A stretch of 61,711 nt of DNA, filler included, from 4 parts of 4 records of this genome joined end to end with filler, not necessarily neighbours in it, one strand, 5' to 3'; positions 41,116 through 51,904 are shown, counted from the whole stretch's first letter. Translations and numbers: made by a program. The notes: a model not told the origin generated them from the letters alone.

Positions 41116-42291
41116 TCAGGACGCAAGCTGGGCTGTCAGCGCGTCGGCCAGCAGCCGGCCTGATGGCGTCAGCGACAAGACGCCCCGGTCGAAATTGACC
41201 CAGCCCTGATCGACGAAAACAGCAATCTTTTCGCGCGACACCGGCCTGCCGGACACGGCTTCGATCCGCGCTACGTCTATGCCACTGGCAGGACGCAGTC
41301 CCATCGCAAGCAATTCCTGCGCGATGGCATTCGCATCCAGCCTTTCAGCATCGCCCCAACCCGAGCCGAGCGTCTGAGCATTGGCCATGTAGACTTCAGG
41401 ACGGCGGTGCGCCTCATAGGCATAGCGATGCCCGCTCACAGTCACGCGGCCATGCGCGCCGGGCCCTGCTCCGATCCAGTCCCCGCCCTGCCAGTAGATG
41501 AGATTGTGCACCGATTGGTATTCCGGCGACATGGCATGGTTGGACACTTCATAGGCCGGCAGCCCCGCCTTCTCCAGAAGGTCCTGCGTCAACTCGAACA
41601 TGTCGGCCTGATCATCGTCGGGCATGGGGTCGATCTGGCCCCGCCCGACGGCAAGCCCGAAGGCCGTCCCTTCCTTGATGGTCAGCTCGTAGAGAGACAG
41701 GTGCGGCATGCCCATGGCCAGCACATCTTCCAGTTCATTCTGCCAGTCGTCCGCCTGCTGACCGGGCCGGGCATATATCAGGTCGACGCTGACGGACCGG
41801 AATACCCGCATCGCCCGCGCGACGCTCGCCCGCGCGCCGTCGGCGTCATGATCACGGCCCAGAAAGGCCAGCGCAGAATCGCGCAATGACTGGACCCCTA
41901 CGGAAAGCCGGTTCACGCCAGCACTCTTAAGACCTGAAAGATCTGCCCGCATCACATCGTTCGGGTTCGCCTCAAGCGTGATTTCCGCGCCCGGTTTCAC
42001 ACTGAACACATCATCCGCCGCTTTCAGGATGCGCTCGACATCCGCAGGCGCCAGCAGCGATGGCGTCCCGCCGCCGAGATAGACTGAGTCCAGCGCGCCA
42101 TGCTCCGGCATGCGCTGGCGGTGCTCACGGATATCGGTGCAGATCGCGTCGACCAGCAAGGACGGATCACGGTCCTTGGCAGCATACACATTGAAATCGC
42201 AATACGGGCAGATGCGCGTGCAATAGGGCCAGTGGACATAGAGACCGAACCCGAAATGCGGACCGAAAGGATGCAGGGCTTCTTCCGTCAC
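41116..42291 (-). CDS. hemW: radical SAM heme chaperone
   Basis: [34 protein letters not shown]; coupled to rdgB. Confidence 0.93.
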   Translation of the reverse strand: MTEEALHPFGPHFGFGLYVHWPYCTRICPYCDFNVYAAKDRDPSLLVDAICTDIREHRQRMPEHGALDSVYLGGGTPSLLAPADVERILKAADDVFSVKPGAEITLEANPNDVMRADLSGLKSAGVNRLSVGVQSLRDSALAFLGRDHDADGARASVARAMRVFRSVSVDLIYARPGQQADDWQNELEDVLAMGMPHLSLYELTIKEGTAFGLAVGRGQIDPMPDDDQADMFELTQDLLEKAGLPAYEVSNHAMSPEYQSVHNLIYWQGGDWIGAGPGAHGRVTVSGHRYAYEAHRRPEVYMANAQTLGSGWGDAERLDANAIAQELLAMGLRPASGIDVARIEAVSGRPVSREKIAVFVDQGWVNFDRGVLSLTPSGRLLADALTAQLAS

Positions 42292-42893
42292 GACAGAAGC
42301 GCCGCCTTCAATTTGCGGAAAGCGTCGGCGCGGTGGCTCATCGCATGTTTCCGGTCCGGATCCATTTCGCCGAAGGTGATCGTTTCTCCATCGGCGACGA
42401 AGATCGGGTCATAACCGAAGCCCTTCTCCCCTCTTGGCGGCCAGACAAGCTGTCCATGCACTTCGCCTTCGAAGACTTCCTCATGCCCGTCCGGCCAGGC
42501 CACTGCGAGCGCGCAGACGAATTTGGCAGACCGGTCTGAATTGCCGGCCGCCTGCAACTCTTGCTCAACCCGCGCCATGGCCACACCGAAATCACGCGGC
42601 TCGCCTGCCCACCTTGCGGAGTAAATGCCGGGGGCACCGTCCAGCAAAGTGACCGACAGCCCGGAATCGTCCGACAGGGCGGGTGCGCCCGTTTCGGCCG
42701 CCGCGGCACGCGCTTTCAGCAGCGCATTGCCGGTGAAACTGCTCTCAGTTTCTTCAGGCTCTGGCAGGTCCAGATCAATGGCGGAGACAACTTCAAGGCC
42801 CAAGGGTTCGAACAAGTCCTTGAGTTCCCTCACTTTTCCTTTGTTGTGCGTGGCGGCGATCAACCTGCCGGAGGACAGGGTCCGATGTGTCAT
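42288..42893 (-). CDS. rdgB: non-canonical purine NTP pyrophosphatase
   Basis: [31 protein letters not shown]. Confidence 0.96.
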   Translation of the reverse strand: MTHRTLSSGRLIAATHNKGKVRELKDLFEPLGLEVVSAIDLDLPEPEETESSFTGNALLKARAAAAETGAPALSDDSGLSVTLLDGAPGIYSARWAGEPRDFGVAMARVEQELQAAGNSDRSAKFVCALAVAWPDGHEEVFEGEVHGQLVWPPRGEKGFGYDPIFVADGETITFGEMDPDRKHAMSHRADAFRKLKAALLS

Positions 42894-42943
42894 ATTTCGC
42901 CCTTCTGAAATGGTTCCATTCTTGCTTTCGTCACAAATTCCTA

Positions 42944-42958
42944 TATCGTTATTCGGTA
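42944..42958. promoter_or_regulatory. imperfect palindrome, candidate operator for the downstream XRE regulator
   Basis: TATCG-TTATT-CGGTA overlapping a putative -10 region downstream of TTGCTT. Confidence 0.4.
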
Positions 42959-43027
42959 AGAGCTTGTAGAGAAGCAACGCTCAGTCCGGCATAGATCATC
43001 CAGCGGAAAGGATGAAGAGAAGAAGGC

Positions 43028-43549
43028 ATGACAGGTAAAACGCGCAATTCCATGGCGGCGATCATGACAGTCCTCGTCACTGTCGTCATGTGGATGACGG
43101 CTGCCATCGGCGCCATCGTTCTCCTGGCCGGCGGTATTGAACTCGTTTCGATGCTCTCCGGGTCTCCCATCAGCATCGGCGCCATCAAGGTCGACGATCA
43201 CGACATCTCCGTTCCCGAACTTGCCGCCGGCCTGGTCGGTGTGCTCGTCGTGGTCTGTGCGGTGGTTTTTGTGAGCCTCGAATTGCGCAAGATACTGGCA
43301 ACTCTCGCGGCGGGCGATCCGTTCGTGCCGGATAACGCCGTTCGCCTCACCCGCATCGCCATCGCAATCGCCATTACCCAGCTGATGCGGTACCTCATCG
43401 CCATCTTCGTGGGGCTGATGGTGACCGGTACATCGCTAGAATTTTCCGTTGACCTTATCGCCTGGGCGTCCGTCGCCGCCCTGTTCATTCTCAGCCAAGT
43501 CTTTCGGGAAGGCACACGCCTTCGCGACGAAGAGAAAATGACCATATAG
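43028..43549 (+). CDS. DUF2975 family membrane protein
   Basis: GDPFVPDNAVRL and C-terminal VFREGTRLRDEEKMTI; paired with an HTH gene. Confidence 0.9.
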   Translation: MTGKTRNSMAAIMTVLVTVVMWMTAAIGAIVLLAGGIELVSMLSGSPISIGAIKVDDHDISVPELAAGLVGVLVVVCAVVFVSLELRKILATLAAGDPFVPDNAVRLTRIAIAIAITQLMRYLIAIFVGLMVTGTSLEFSVDLIAWASVAALFILSQVFREGTRLRDEEKMTI

Positions 43550-43559
43550 GAGGGTAGCC

Positions 43560-43799
43560 ATGTCTATTCGCGTAACCCTCGATCGTGTCCTGTTAGACCG
43601 CCGCATGTCCCTGACGGAACTGTCGGAACGTGTCGGCGTGACGCTCGCCAATCTCTCCATACTCAAAACCGGTAAGGCGAAAGCCATCCGCTTCTCCACT
43701 CTGGAAGCGCTGTGCCGGGAACTCGGCTGTCAGCCAGGAGACATCCTCATCTTCGACTCCGAAGATGATGGCGCCACCGAACGCGTCGCGGCGGAATAG
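43560..43799 (+). CDS. XRE/Cro-C1 HTH regulator (YozG/HTH_26-like)
   Basis: MSLTELSERVGVTLANLSILKTGKAKAIRFSTLEALCRELGCQPGDIL. Confidence 0.95.
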   Translation: MSIRVTLDRVLLDRRMSLTELSERVGVTLANLSILKTGKAKAIRFSTLEALCRELGCQPGDILIFDSEDDGATERVAAE

Positions 43800-43801
43800 C
43801 G

Positions 43802-44179
43802 ATGCGGGACGGTCTCTACGATTCAGGAGATGTCGTCTCGATCCGCTTTGGCGGTGTGCTCAGACATTACGGCGTGGTGACTTCGCGCGGAACCGTGATC
43901 TGTAATTCGCGTCTGCACGGCGGCGTGGTGGAACAAAGCTTCGAAGCCTTTTCAGCCGGACGTGATGTCCGCCTGCATGGCCGCTACAGCGATCTCGACG
44001 CGTATCATGTCGAGCTGCGTGCCCGGCGCCATCTCGGCAAGGAATATGACCTGTTCGGGTCAAATTGCGGCCATTTCGTCCGCCACGCGCACCGCCGCAA
44101 GCCGACCCCGATGCAGGTGGCCGCCGCGACCGTGCGCACGGTCGGCGACATGTTTGGTGGACCGAAGCGCCGCTATTAG
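43802..44179 (+). CDS. LRAT-like (permuted NlpC/P60) protein
   Basis: GD...HYGVV then [11 protein letters not shown] (His before NCxHF Cys); starts 2 nt after the HTH stop. Confidence 0.8.
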   Translation: MRDGLYDSGDVVSIRFGGVLRHYGVVTSRGTVICNSRLHGGVVEQSFEAFSAGRDVRLHGRYSDLDAYHVELRARRHLGKEYDLFGSNCGHFVRHAHRRKPTPMQVAAATVRTVGDMFGGPKRRY

Positions 44180-44901
44180 CCGAGCGCGGCGCGCTGGGCA
44201 GCGAACAGCTCGTTACAGCCCTTCTCGGCGAGGCGCAGCATCTCATCCAGCTCGGTGCGCGTCAGAGGGCGTTCCTCACCCGTGCCCTGCACTTCAATGA
44301 AGCCGCCATCGGAGCTCATGACGACATTCATGTCGGCTTCGCCTGCCGAGTCTTCCGGGTAATCCACGTCCAGAACGGGATGATCCTGATAGACGCCAAC
44401 GGAAATGGCGGCCGCCTGTTTCACGATCGGGTTCGCCGGGATCACGCCCTCATCGACAAGGTATTTGCAGGCCAGCGACAGGGCGACGAAGCCGCCGGTG
44501 ATGGACGCAGTCCGCGTGCCGCCATCGGCCTGCAGCACGTCGCAGTCGATCGTGATCTGGTTCTCGCCAAGGGCAGCAAGATCGCAGACCGAGCGCAGCG
44601 ACCGCCCGATCAGGCGCTGGATCTCCTGGGTTCGGCCGGACTGCTTTCCAGCCGCTGCTTCGCGCCGGCCGCGGGTGTGCGTCGCGCGTGGCAGCATGCC
44701 GTATTCCGCCGTTACCCAGCCGCGCCCCTGCCCTTTCATCCAGCCAGGTACCCGGTTTTCCCAGCTCGCCGTGCACAGGACATGCGTATTGCCGAACTTT
44801 GCCAGGCAGGAACCTTCCGCATAGCGGGTCACTTCGGTCTCAAGGACGATCTCGCGCATCTGGTCAAAGGGGCGGCCTGACGGGCGGACGAGCTGGCTCA
44901 T
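44176..44901 (-). CDS. rph: ribonuclease PH
   Basis: [49 protein letters not shown]. Confidence 0.97.
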   Translation of the reverse strand: MSQLVRPSGRPFDQMREIVLETEVTRYAEGSCLAKFGNTHVLCTASWENRVPGWMKGQGRGWVTAEYGMLPRATHTRGRREAAAGKQSGRTQEIQRLIGRSLRSVCDLAALGENQITIDCDVLQADGGTRTASITGGFVALSLACKYLVDEGVIPANPIVKQAAAISVGVYQDHPVLDVDYPEDSAGEADMNVVMSSDGGFIEVQGTGEERPLTRTELDEMLRLAEKGCNELFAAQRAALG

Positions 44902-44991
44902 GGGGGACCTCCTGTTTGGTGCCACGCCTGATTGCGGGTTTTGCCGCACCTGTCTACACCGGATCGCCTAGGGAACAGAAAGCGGGGGTCC

Positions 44992-46662
44992 ATGACCAGC
45001 GACATCACGATTGCGCGGGGTGCGAAGAAGCTGCCTATCGGACAGATCGGTCAGCGTTTGGGAATTGGCGCGCAGGATCTCATCCCCTTCGGCTACGACA
45101 AGGCAAAGATCAGCAGCCACTATCTGGCCAGCCTGAAACAAAAGAAGGATGGCAAGCTCATCCTGGTGACGGCGATCAATCCGACACCTGCTGGTGAAGG
45201 CAAGACCACGACGTCCATCGGCCTCGCTGATGCGCTGCGCCGGCTGGAGAAGAACGCCCTTCTCTGCCTGCGCGAACCGTCGCTCGGCCCCTGCTTCGGC
45301 ATGAAGGGCGGCGCCACAGGCGGCGGCCGCGCACAAGTCGTTCCAATGGACGACATCAACCTGCATTTTACCGGCGATTTCCACGCCATCACGTCAGCGC
45401 ACAATCTGCTGGCGGCGATGATCGACAACCATTTGCACTGGGGCGCGGAAACCGGGCTGGAACCGACCCGCGTTGCCTGGCGCCGCGTGCTGGACATGAA
45501 CGACCGCAATCTGCGCCAGGTCGTGACCGGCCTTGGCGGCTCCGGAAACGGCTCGCCGATGGAATCCGGCTTCGACATCACGGTCGCTTCGGAGATCATG
45601 GCCATTCTCTGCCTCGCCAAAGATGCTCACGATCTGGAAGAACGGCTGGAACGGATCGTGGTCGGTTACAAGCGCGGCCGGGTGCCGGTCACCGCGAAGG
45701 ACATCGGCGCTGTGGGCGCGATCATGGCGCTGCTGCGCTACGCTCTGCTCCCGAATGTTGTGCAGACACTGGAGAACAATCCCGTCCTCATCCATGGCGG
45801 GCCGTTTGCGAACATCGCGCATGGCTGCAACTCCGTCATCGCGACCAAGGCGGCGCTGAAGATGTCGGACTATGTCGTCACCGAAGCCGGGTTCGGGGCA
45901 GACCTCGGCGCAGAGAAATTCTTCAACATCAAATGCCGTCAGGCCGGGCTTACGCCGTCTGCCGCCGTGCTGGTTGCCACTGTCCGTGCTCTGAAAATGC
46001 ATGGCGGCCTGTCGCTGAAGGAGTCCGCATCTGTCGGCTATGGCGCGCTGGAAGCCGGACTCGCCAATCTTGGCCGCCATGTCGAGAATCTGAAGAAATT
46101 CGGCGTTCCGGTAGTGGTAGCCATCAACAGGTTTACCTCCGATACATCCAGCGAGTTGGCAGCGGTCGAAGCCTACTGCCACGAACTTGGCATACCGGTG
46201 TCGGTCTGCACCCATTGGGCTGAAGGCAGCCGCGGCGCAGAAGACCTTGCCCGCAAGGTCGTCGAGACAATCGATACCAAACCTGCAGAATTCAAGCTGC
46301 TCTACCGGGATGAGGCGCCCCTGCTCGAAAAGATCGAAACCGTGGCGCGTGAAATCTACCGTGCCGAAAAGGTCGAAGCGTCGGACAATGTCCGCGCTGC
46401 GCTCCGGCGAATGGAAGAGGCCGGCTTCGGCCATCTGCCGGTCTGTATGGCCAAGACGCAGTACAGCTTCTCCAACAATCCGAAACTGGTCGGGGCGCCG
46501 GAGAAACACGTTCTGCAGTTGCGGGAAGTGCGCCTGTCGGCAGGCGCCGGATTTGTCGTGGGCATTTGCGGGGACATCATGACGATGCCCGGTCTGCCCC
46601 GGCATCCGGCTGCCGAGGGCATTTCCCTCAATGCCGACGGGGAAATCGACGGCCTCTACTAG
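44992..46662 (+). CDS. fhs: formate--tetrahydrofolate ligase
   Basis: [55 protein letters not shown]. Confidence 0.98.
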   Translation: MTSDITIARGAKKLPIGQIGQRLGIGAQDLIPFGYDKAKISSHYLASLKQKKDGKLILVTAINPTPAGEGKTTTSIGLADALRRLEKNALLCLREPSLGPCFGMKGGATGGGRAQVVPMDDINLHFTGDFHAITSAHNLLAAMIDNHLHWGAETGLEPTRVAWRRVLDMNDRNLRQVVTGLGGSGNGSPMESGFDITVASEIMAILCLAKDAHDLEERLERIVVGYKRGRVPVTAKDIGAVGAIMALLRYALLPNVVQTLENNPVLIHGGPFANIAHGCNSVIATKAALKMSDYVVTEAGFGADLGAEKFFNIKCRQAGLTPSAAVLVATVRALKMHGGLSLKESASVGYGALEAGLANLGRHVENLKKFGVPVVVAINRFTSDTSSELAAVEAYCHELGIPVSVCTHWAEGSRGAEDLARKVVETIDTKPAEFKLLYRDEAPLLEKIETVAREIYRAEKVEASDNVRAALRRMEEAGFGHLPVCMAKTQYSFSNNPKLVGAPEKHVLQLREVRLSAGAGFVVGICGDIMTMPGLPRHPAAEGISLNADGEIDGLY

Positions 46663-46680
46663 CTGACGGTGTGAGGCCTA

Positions 46681-46708
46681 TTGAATGCGGGCCATCGGCC
46701 CCCTATCC
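46681..46708 (+). promoter_or_regulatory. putative RpoH (sigma-32) promoter of hrcA
   Basis: TTGAA-N15-CCCTATCC ending about 8 nt before ATG 46717. Confidence 0.55.
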
Positions 46709-46716
46709 ATCTTGGT

Positions 46717-47805
46717 ATGCAAACGCATCCGGACACACAATCGCTGATGCAGCGCCTCGACCAGCGCTCGCGGGACATTTTCCGCGAGATCGTCGAGGGC
46801 TATCTGGCAACCGGGGAACCTGTCGGATCGCGCACCCTGTCCAAGGGCAGCATCGCCCTCTCCCCGGCGTCGATCCGGAACGTGATGGCGGATCTGACAG
46901 AGCTCGGCCTGCTGGACGCACCGCATATCTCCGCCGGGCGCGCGCCGACCCATATGGGCCTGCGCCTCTTCGTGGATGGCTTCCTTGAGATCGGTGAACC
47001 CGCCCGGGCCGACCGCGAGACCATCGACGACCGGCTGAAATCGGCCGGCGCGGACTTCGAGAACGTCCTCTCGGAAGCCTCCGACATTCTGTCGGGTCTT
47101 GCGGGCGGTGCGGGCCTTGTGTCGTCTCCGAAGCGCGACGCCGCCGTGCGCCATGTCGAATTCCTGCCGCTGGGCCCGCGCGATGCCATCTGCATCCTGC
47201 TGACCGAGGATGGCGATGTCGAAAACCGCTTCATCCAGGTGCCGGAGGGCCTGCCTTCCACGGCGCTGATCGAAGCGGGCAACTACCTCTCCACCCGCAT
47301 GAAGGGCCGCACGCTGGCCGAAGCGGCGCAGGATGTGCGCGAGGAACTGAGTTCCCGCCGCGCGCAGCTCGATGTGACTGCCGCCGGCCTTGTCGAACAG
47401 GGGCTCGCCCAATGGAGCGGCGAAACACCCGGCCGGGGCCGGTCCCTGATTGTACGCGGCCGCGCAAACCTGCTGGAAGATGCCAAAGCCGCCGAGGATC
47501 TAGACCGCGTGCGCCAGCTGTTCAACGAACTGGAACGCCAGCAGAATGTCCTCGATATCCTCGACACCACACGAGAAGCTGGCGGGGTGCGACTCTTCAT
47601 CGGCTCCGAAAACCAGCTTTTCCCGCTATCAGGTTCAAGTGTGATCGTCGCGCCCTATATGGGAGGCGGAAAACAGGTCATCGGCGCCCTTGGCGTGATT
47701 GGGCCAACGCGGCTGAATTATGCAAGAGTGATCCCGATGGTAGACTATACAGCGAAGGTCGTGGGCGAGATCCTCTCCCGCCGCCGCGCCAAGGACGGAA
47801 AATGA
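46717..47805 (+). CDS. hrcA: heat-inducible transcriptional repressor
   Basis: YLATGEPVGSRTL, SPASIRNVMADL, PHISAGRAPT, GVIGPTRLNY. Confidence 0.96.
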   Translation: MQTHPDTQSLMQRLDQRSRDIFREIVEGYLATGEPVGSRTLSKGSIALSPASIRNVMADLTELGLLDAPHISAGRAPTHMGLRLFVDGFLEIGEPARADRETIDDRLKSAGADFENVLSEASDILSGLAGGAGLVSSPKRDAAVRHVEFLPLGPRDAICILLTEDGDVENRFIQVPEGLPSTALIEAGNYLSTRMKGRTLAEAAQDVREELSSRRAQLDVTAAGLVEQGLAQWSGETPGRGRSLIVRGRANLLEDAKAAEDLDRVRQLFNELERQQNVLDILDTTREAGGVRLFIGSENQLFPLSGSSVIVAPYMGGGKQVIGALGVIGPTRLNYARVIPMVDYTAKVVGEILSRRRAKDGK

Positions 47806-48362
47806 TGAGCGACGAAGCGAAGACTGAAGACACAGAATCTGTCGAAACGCCTGAAAACGCCGCCCCGGAAGAGGCGACGCCGGAAGATACGATCCTCCGC
47901 CTCGAAGCGGAAAAGGAAGAGATGCGCGGCCAGCTGCTGCGTACGCTGGCTGATCTCGACAACACCCGCAAGCGTGCCCAGAAAGAGGTCGCCGATGCGC
48001 GGGTCTATGCGATCGAGAAATTCGCCGCAGACCTGCTCAGCGTCTCCGACAATCTCGCCCGCGCCCTCGCCGCCCTGCCGGACGGGGATCGCGACGCGCT
48101 CTCGGAAGCCGGCAAAAACCTCCTCAACGGCATCGAGATGACCGAGAAGGAACTACACACGGCGCTGGCCCGCAACGGTGTGTCCGTGATCGCAGCCCTG
48201 CCCGGCGATGCATTCGACCCGAACCTGCATCAGGCGGTGGCCAACGCCCCCTCCCCGCAGGCGCCCGGCACGATCCACGACGTGTTCCAGACCGGCTGGA
48301 AGATCGGCGACCGCGTGCTCCGCGCCGCCATGGTCGCCGTCAGCGCAGGCTCGACGAACTAG
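47802..48362 (+). CDS. grpE: nucleotide exchange factor
   Basis: LRTLADLDNTRKR, FDPNLHQAV, GWKIGDRVLRAAMVAVS; overlaps the hrcA stop. Confidence 0.96.
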   Translation: MMSDEAKTEDTESVETPENAAPEEATPEDTILRLEAEKEEMRGQLLRTLADLDNTRKRAQKEVADARVYAIEKFAADLLSVSDNLARALAALPDGDRDALSEAGKNLLNGIEMTEKELHTALARNGVSVIAALPGDAFDPNLHQAVANAPSPQAPGTIHDVFQTGWKIGDRVLRAAMVAVSAGSTN

Positions 48363-49183
48363 GCTTCGATTTTCAGATAAACCGCCGAAGCATCGTCCCT
48401 GCGCTTGATGCGGGGGATGTCTTCGTGGGGCGTGTCTTCGAAGTCGCGCAGCACGCGGATCAGGGCGGGCAGGCCTTTCTCCGACATGTCCGCCATCAGG
48501 CTTTCCAGCGTGTGGGTCGCATAGGGCGAGATCAGCCGGTAGAGGCCGTCGCTCATCAAGCAGACCTCATCACCCGGACCCATTGGTATCCGCGCAGTCT
48601 TGAGATTGCTCACAACTTCCGGTCCCAGGCCAAAGCCTGTCCCGATTTCATTGGACATCCGCCGGCTCTGGCGCAGCCAGCCCATGCGCTCTTCGGGCGT
48701 CAACGCCAATATGCGGCGGGCGGCAGCGGTCTCGTCTTCCGCCTTTTCCGCGTGACCGATCAGACGCACTTCTGACCCGGACCGGACAAGGGCCATGCAG
48801 TCGCCCATGAACACAACAACCGCTTCGCCGCCTTGTAGCTGCATCCAGATGCCGGAAGCGATGGGCAGAGCCTCGCCCGGCAATTTCTCTAACGGAATCT
48901 TGCTTTCAGCGTCAGCGCGCTGACGTACATCGGCGAGGACGGAGGCGAAATAGGCCTCGGGTGTCTCGCCGCTCTGAGGCCCCTGCATCAGCCGGTCTGA
49001 CAGCGCTTCAGCGATCCAGGCGGCGCCGCTTTCGCAGGCTGGAAACGGGCGCAAATCGGTCACATCGGTCGCCCCGTCCAGCACCCAGGCGGTGCCTGCG
49101 GCCGCACCGAATCCGGCCCGGTCATCACCTGTCTTGCCCGGCACGCCGGGGTCGTTCACCGTGCTGATGACATCCAGCTGCAT
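48359..49183 (-). CDS. PP2C-like phosphatase domain protein
   Basis: GDD, WVLDGAT, MGDC, LMSDG, RDDAS metal-binding motifs. Confidence 0.85.
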   Translation of the reverse strand: MQLDVISTVNDPGVPGKTGDDRAGFGAAAGTAWVLDGATDVTDLRPFPACESGAAWIAEALSDRLMQGPQSGETPEAYFASVLADVRQRADAESKIPLEKLPGEALPIASGIWMQLQGGEAVVVFMGDCMALVRSGSEVRLIGHAEKAEDETAAARRILALTPEERMGWLRQSRRMSNEIGTGFGLGPEVVSNLKTARIPMGPGDEVCLMSDGLYRLISPYATHTLESLMADMSEKGLPALIRVLRDFEDTPHEDIPRIKRRDDASAVYLKIEA

Positions 49184-49274
49184 CGCCCGCCCTCGTGTCA
49201 TATGCCCTGGGCCAAACGTCTAACATGGTTCGCCCAGCGCCGCACATGAACGCTTTGAGACGTTTGGCCGACCC

Positions 49275-49567
49275 TCAGCGCTCCACCAGTTCGACCCGCC
49301 GGTTCTGTGCCCGTCCGGCATCGCTGCCATTGGAAAACACCGGCGACAATGGTCCCACGCCATGGGGCTCCAGCCGGTCAGACGCAATCCCGTAATCCTG
49401 TTTCAGCGCCTCGGCGACAGCCCGAGCGCGGTCATCCGACAGCTTGCTGTTATAGGCGTAGGTGCCCTTGGAATCCGTATGTCCCACAATATAGAAAGCC
49501 TTATCCGGATGGGCGGTCAGATAGGCTACAATGGCATCTAGAGTATCCGTCTTGGTCAAGCCAGTCT
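49275..49567 (-). CDS. OmpA family protein C-terminal domain, 5' truncated
   Basis: VGHTDSKG..YNSKLS.DRA.AV, NRRVELV. Confidence 0.9.
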
Positions 49568-49667
49568 NNNNNNNNNNNNNNNNNNNNNNNNNNNNNNNNN
49601 NNNNNNNNNNNTTAATTAATTAANNNNNNNNNNNNNNNNNNNNNNNNNNNNNNNNNNNNNNNNNNNN
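49568..49667. other. artificial contig spacer
   Basis: 44 N + TTAATTAATTAA + 44 N. Confidence 0.99.
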
Positions 49668-50521
49668 CGGGCGGGCGGGGTTTGGGCCGCTGGGGTTTGT
49701 GCGGGGGCGCTGGCCTGTTGGGGCGTGGGCGGCACCGGATCAGGGGGCGCCACCTCCTCGAGGGCAGGAGGCGGCGCTGGGGTGTCGATGGTGGTCAGGG
49801 GGGAAAGCTGCCAGGTTGCATCGACAAACAAAAACACATCTTCCAAATCAGAGGCGCCCAATTCGCCCGGCACATGCGCCTGCCACGCCAGATAGCAGTG
49901 GTCAGGTTCCAGATCGCTCAGATCGCGCAAATCGGCCAAACCCGCGGCTTGGGCGGTGATCTGGGTGGCCCCAAGGCTGCGCAGCTCAGCCAGCAGCAGA
50001 TCGGGGCGCGCGCCCAGCGCCAACGCCGGGCCGGTCAACTGAAAGTGCAACAGCTGTTGGGATTGGGCCACAGGCGCTGCACAATCCACAGCATCGGCGC
50101 CATCTTGGGCTGTCGCCGTATCGGTGGTATCGGGGCCAGTATCGGGCCCAGTATCTGGGGCGCAAATTTCGGTCAGCTGCGCCAAGATCTGCGCCCGCGC
50201 GCCATTGGTATCGGGCTGCCCTTCCACCAGCGCGGGGATCTGATCGCGCGCGGCCAGTGCCAGGCGGATCAGCGCATCGCTGACCGCCACCTGACCCGAG
50301 CGCACCCGCTCGAACGCGGTTTCAAAATCGTGAATAAAGCCCGCCAGCTCGGCAAAGCCAAACATCGCACCGCTGCCCTTGATCGTGTGCAGATCGCGGA
50401 ACACCTGGTTGACCAGCCCGCCATCGCCCGGCGCCTCTTTCAGGTCGATCAACCCTTTTTCCAGGCTTTCCAGCAGCTCGGCCAGCTCTTCCATAAAGAC
50501 CTGGGTCAATTCGTCATTCAT
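49668..50521 (-). CDS. cheA: chemotaxis histidine kinase (Hpt/P2 region), 3' truncated
   Basis: FRDLHTIKGSGAMFGF Hpt motif, EDVFLFV, Pro/Ala-rich linker; follows cheY. Confidence 0.93.
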
Positions 50522-50886
50522 CAGCCCAGCACCTTTCTAATAACCGCCAGCAGCTTGTCTTGGGTGAAAGGTTTCACCATCCAGCCCAGGGCCCCGGCCG
50601 CGCGCGCCTGATCTTTCAGGTTCTCGGTGGAATCGGTGGACAGCACCACAATCGGCACGCCCTGCCCATGGGGGTGGGCCCGCAGCGCGCGGATCATCGA
50701 CAAACCATCCATATTTGGCATGTTTTGATCGGTAATAATGGCATCCACACGCTGTGCTGTGGCCAGGTTAAACCCTTCTTGGCCATCATTGGCCTCTAGC
50801 ACATCATAGCCCGCTTCGCGCAGCGTCAGGGCAATCATCCGCCGGATCGAGGGGCTGTCATCCACGGTTAGAACGGTTTTGCTCAT
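50521..50886 (-). CDS. cheY: chemotaxis response regulator
   Basis: Single receiver domain: VDDS, TDQNMPNMDG, LST, VKPF. Confidence 0.93.
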   Translation of the reverse strand: MSKTVLTVDDSPSIRRMIALTLREAGYDVLEANDGQEGFNLATAQRVDAIITDQNMPNMDGLSMIRALRAHPHGQGVPIVVLSTDSTENLKDQARAAGALGWMVKPFTQDKLLAVIRKVLG

Positions 50887-51200
50887 GCTGTCCTCGGGTC
50901 GTTGTTTTGGGGTAGGTTTGGCGCCAGAAACGGGGCAAAGACCGCCTGCATCGCATGCGCCTCAAGGCGTGGCCAAATGGGGTGATCTGCAGGGATCGGG
51001 GCAAAACCAAAGGGCACGCCCCGCAGCTGGGCCGCCAAGCCGGCCGCCAATAAAACCTGCAGGGGGCCAAAATCGATATGCGCAAGCGCGCTGGCATCCA
51101 AATGCACGCCCCCGCCCTGTAACGCCGCGCTTAATTGCTGTACCAATTCGGCCGATTGCGCATGATATAGTTCGGCTGGTAAAGCCAACTGCGTGACCAT
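50883..51200 (-). CDS. STAS-domain protein at the head of the che operon
   Basis: LDASALAHIDFGPLQVLLAA STAS-like motif; GGAG RBS; overlaps cheY. Confidence 0.8.
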   Translation of the reverse strand: MVTQLALPAELYHAQSAELVQQLSAALQGGGVHLDASALAHIDFGPLQVLLAAGLAAQLRGVPFGFAPIPADHPIWPRLEAHAMQAVFAPFLAPNLPQNNDPRTA

Positions 51201-51239
51201 TTTTTCTTCTCCACTTGCCACCTGGGCCAAGATGCGCTG

Positions 51240-51255
51240 TGCAAGTGCTCGGCCA
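51240..51255 (-). promoter_or_regulatory. putative sigma-54 (-24/-12) promoter
   Basis: Minus strand TGGCCGAGCACTTGCA: exact GG-N10-GC spacing with TGGC and TTGCA. Confidence 0.5.
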
Positions 51256-51449
51256 GGTTGAGAAAAAGAACGGTCAAAAACGCATGGTTTTAATGGCGCC
51301 AAAAGCAAGGCGCCGGGCTTTAATCATTATATATCAATATTTTATGTAATTTTTTGCGCAAAAGGGTAGGTGCACCACCCCAATGCCCCCGCCAAAAAAG
51401 CTTGATACAAGGGGCAGGCACACCAATTTTCTACCGCTTAAACGCAGCG

Positions 51450-51764
51450 CTAGCTGAGATGCGCCAAGGTGCCCATCATGAAATCGCGGTTGTAGCGCAG
51501 GGCACGCACGCGCGGGTCATCATCTGATTTGCGCATAACGGTGTCATAATCGGCCAGGCAAATCAGCTGCGCCTCGTTCTCGATGATCTGAAAGCTGCGC
51601 GCCCCCAGATAGGCACGGCGAAAGGCTGCGGCCAACCGGGGGGTGGGAAAGTTTAAAATCGTCGCGGTGCCACCGGCGGTATTTTGCAGCCCGTAGCATA
51701 CCACTTTTTGACGGTCGAAAATAAAATCGGCAAATTCCACTTGGCTTTCACGATAGCTTTGCAT
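51450..51764 (-). CDS. hypothetical protein (104 aa)
   Basis: Fills an otherwise empty gap, AGGGGG RBS-like sequence before ATG, protein-like composition; no recognisable motif. Confidence 0.6.
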   Translation of the reverse strand: MQSYRESQVEFADFIFDRQKVVCYGLQNTAGGTATILNFPTPRLAAAFRRAYLGARSFQIIENEAQLICLADYDTVMRKSDDDPRVRALRYNRDFMMGTLAHLS

Positions 51765-51904
51765 TTGGCCCCCTGCGGATTGGGTTTGCGTTGGGCACGC
51801 GGCAGGCCACGCGCCGTAAGGTTCACGCTAGGGCCAGCAGATATAGCGGGCCAGAGATTCTCTGCGCAAATGCTGCAGTGCGGCAAGACGCCCGCGCCGC
51901 GCGA

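Noticed and set aside
35648-46662. Apparent fhs duplication
   Set aside because: The copies are on different contigs that probably come from different organisms.
50115-50162. 12-nt tandem repeat encoding PDTG-PDTG-PDTT in cheA
   Set aside because: A low-complexity interdomain linker, in frame and normal for CheA.
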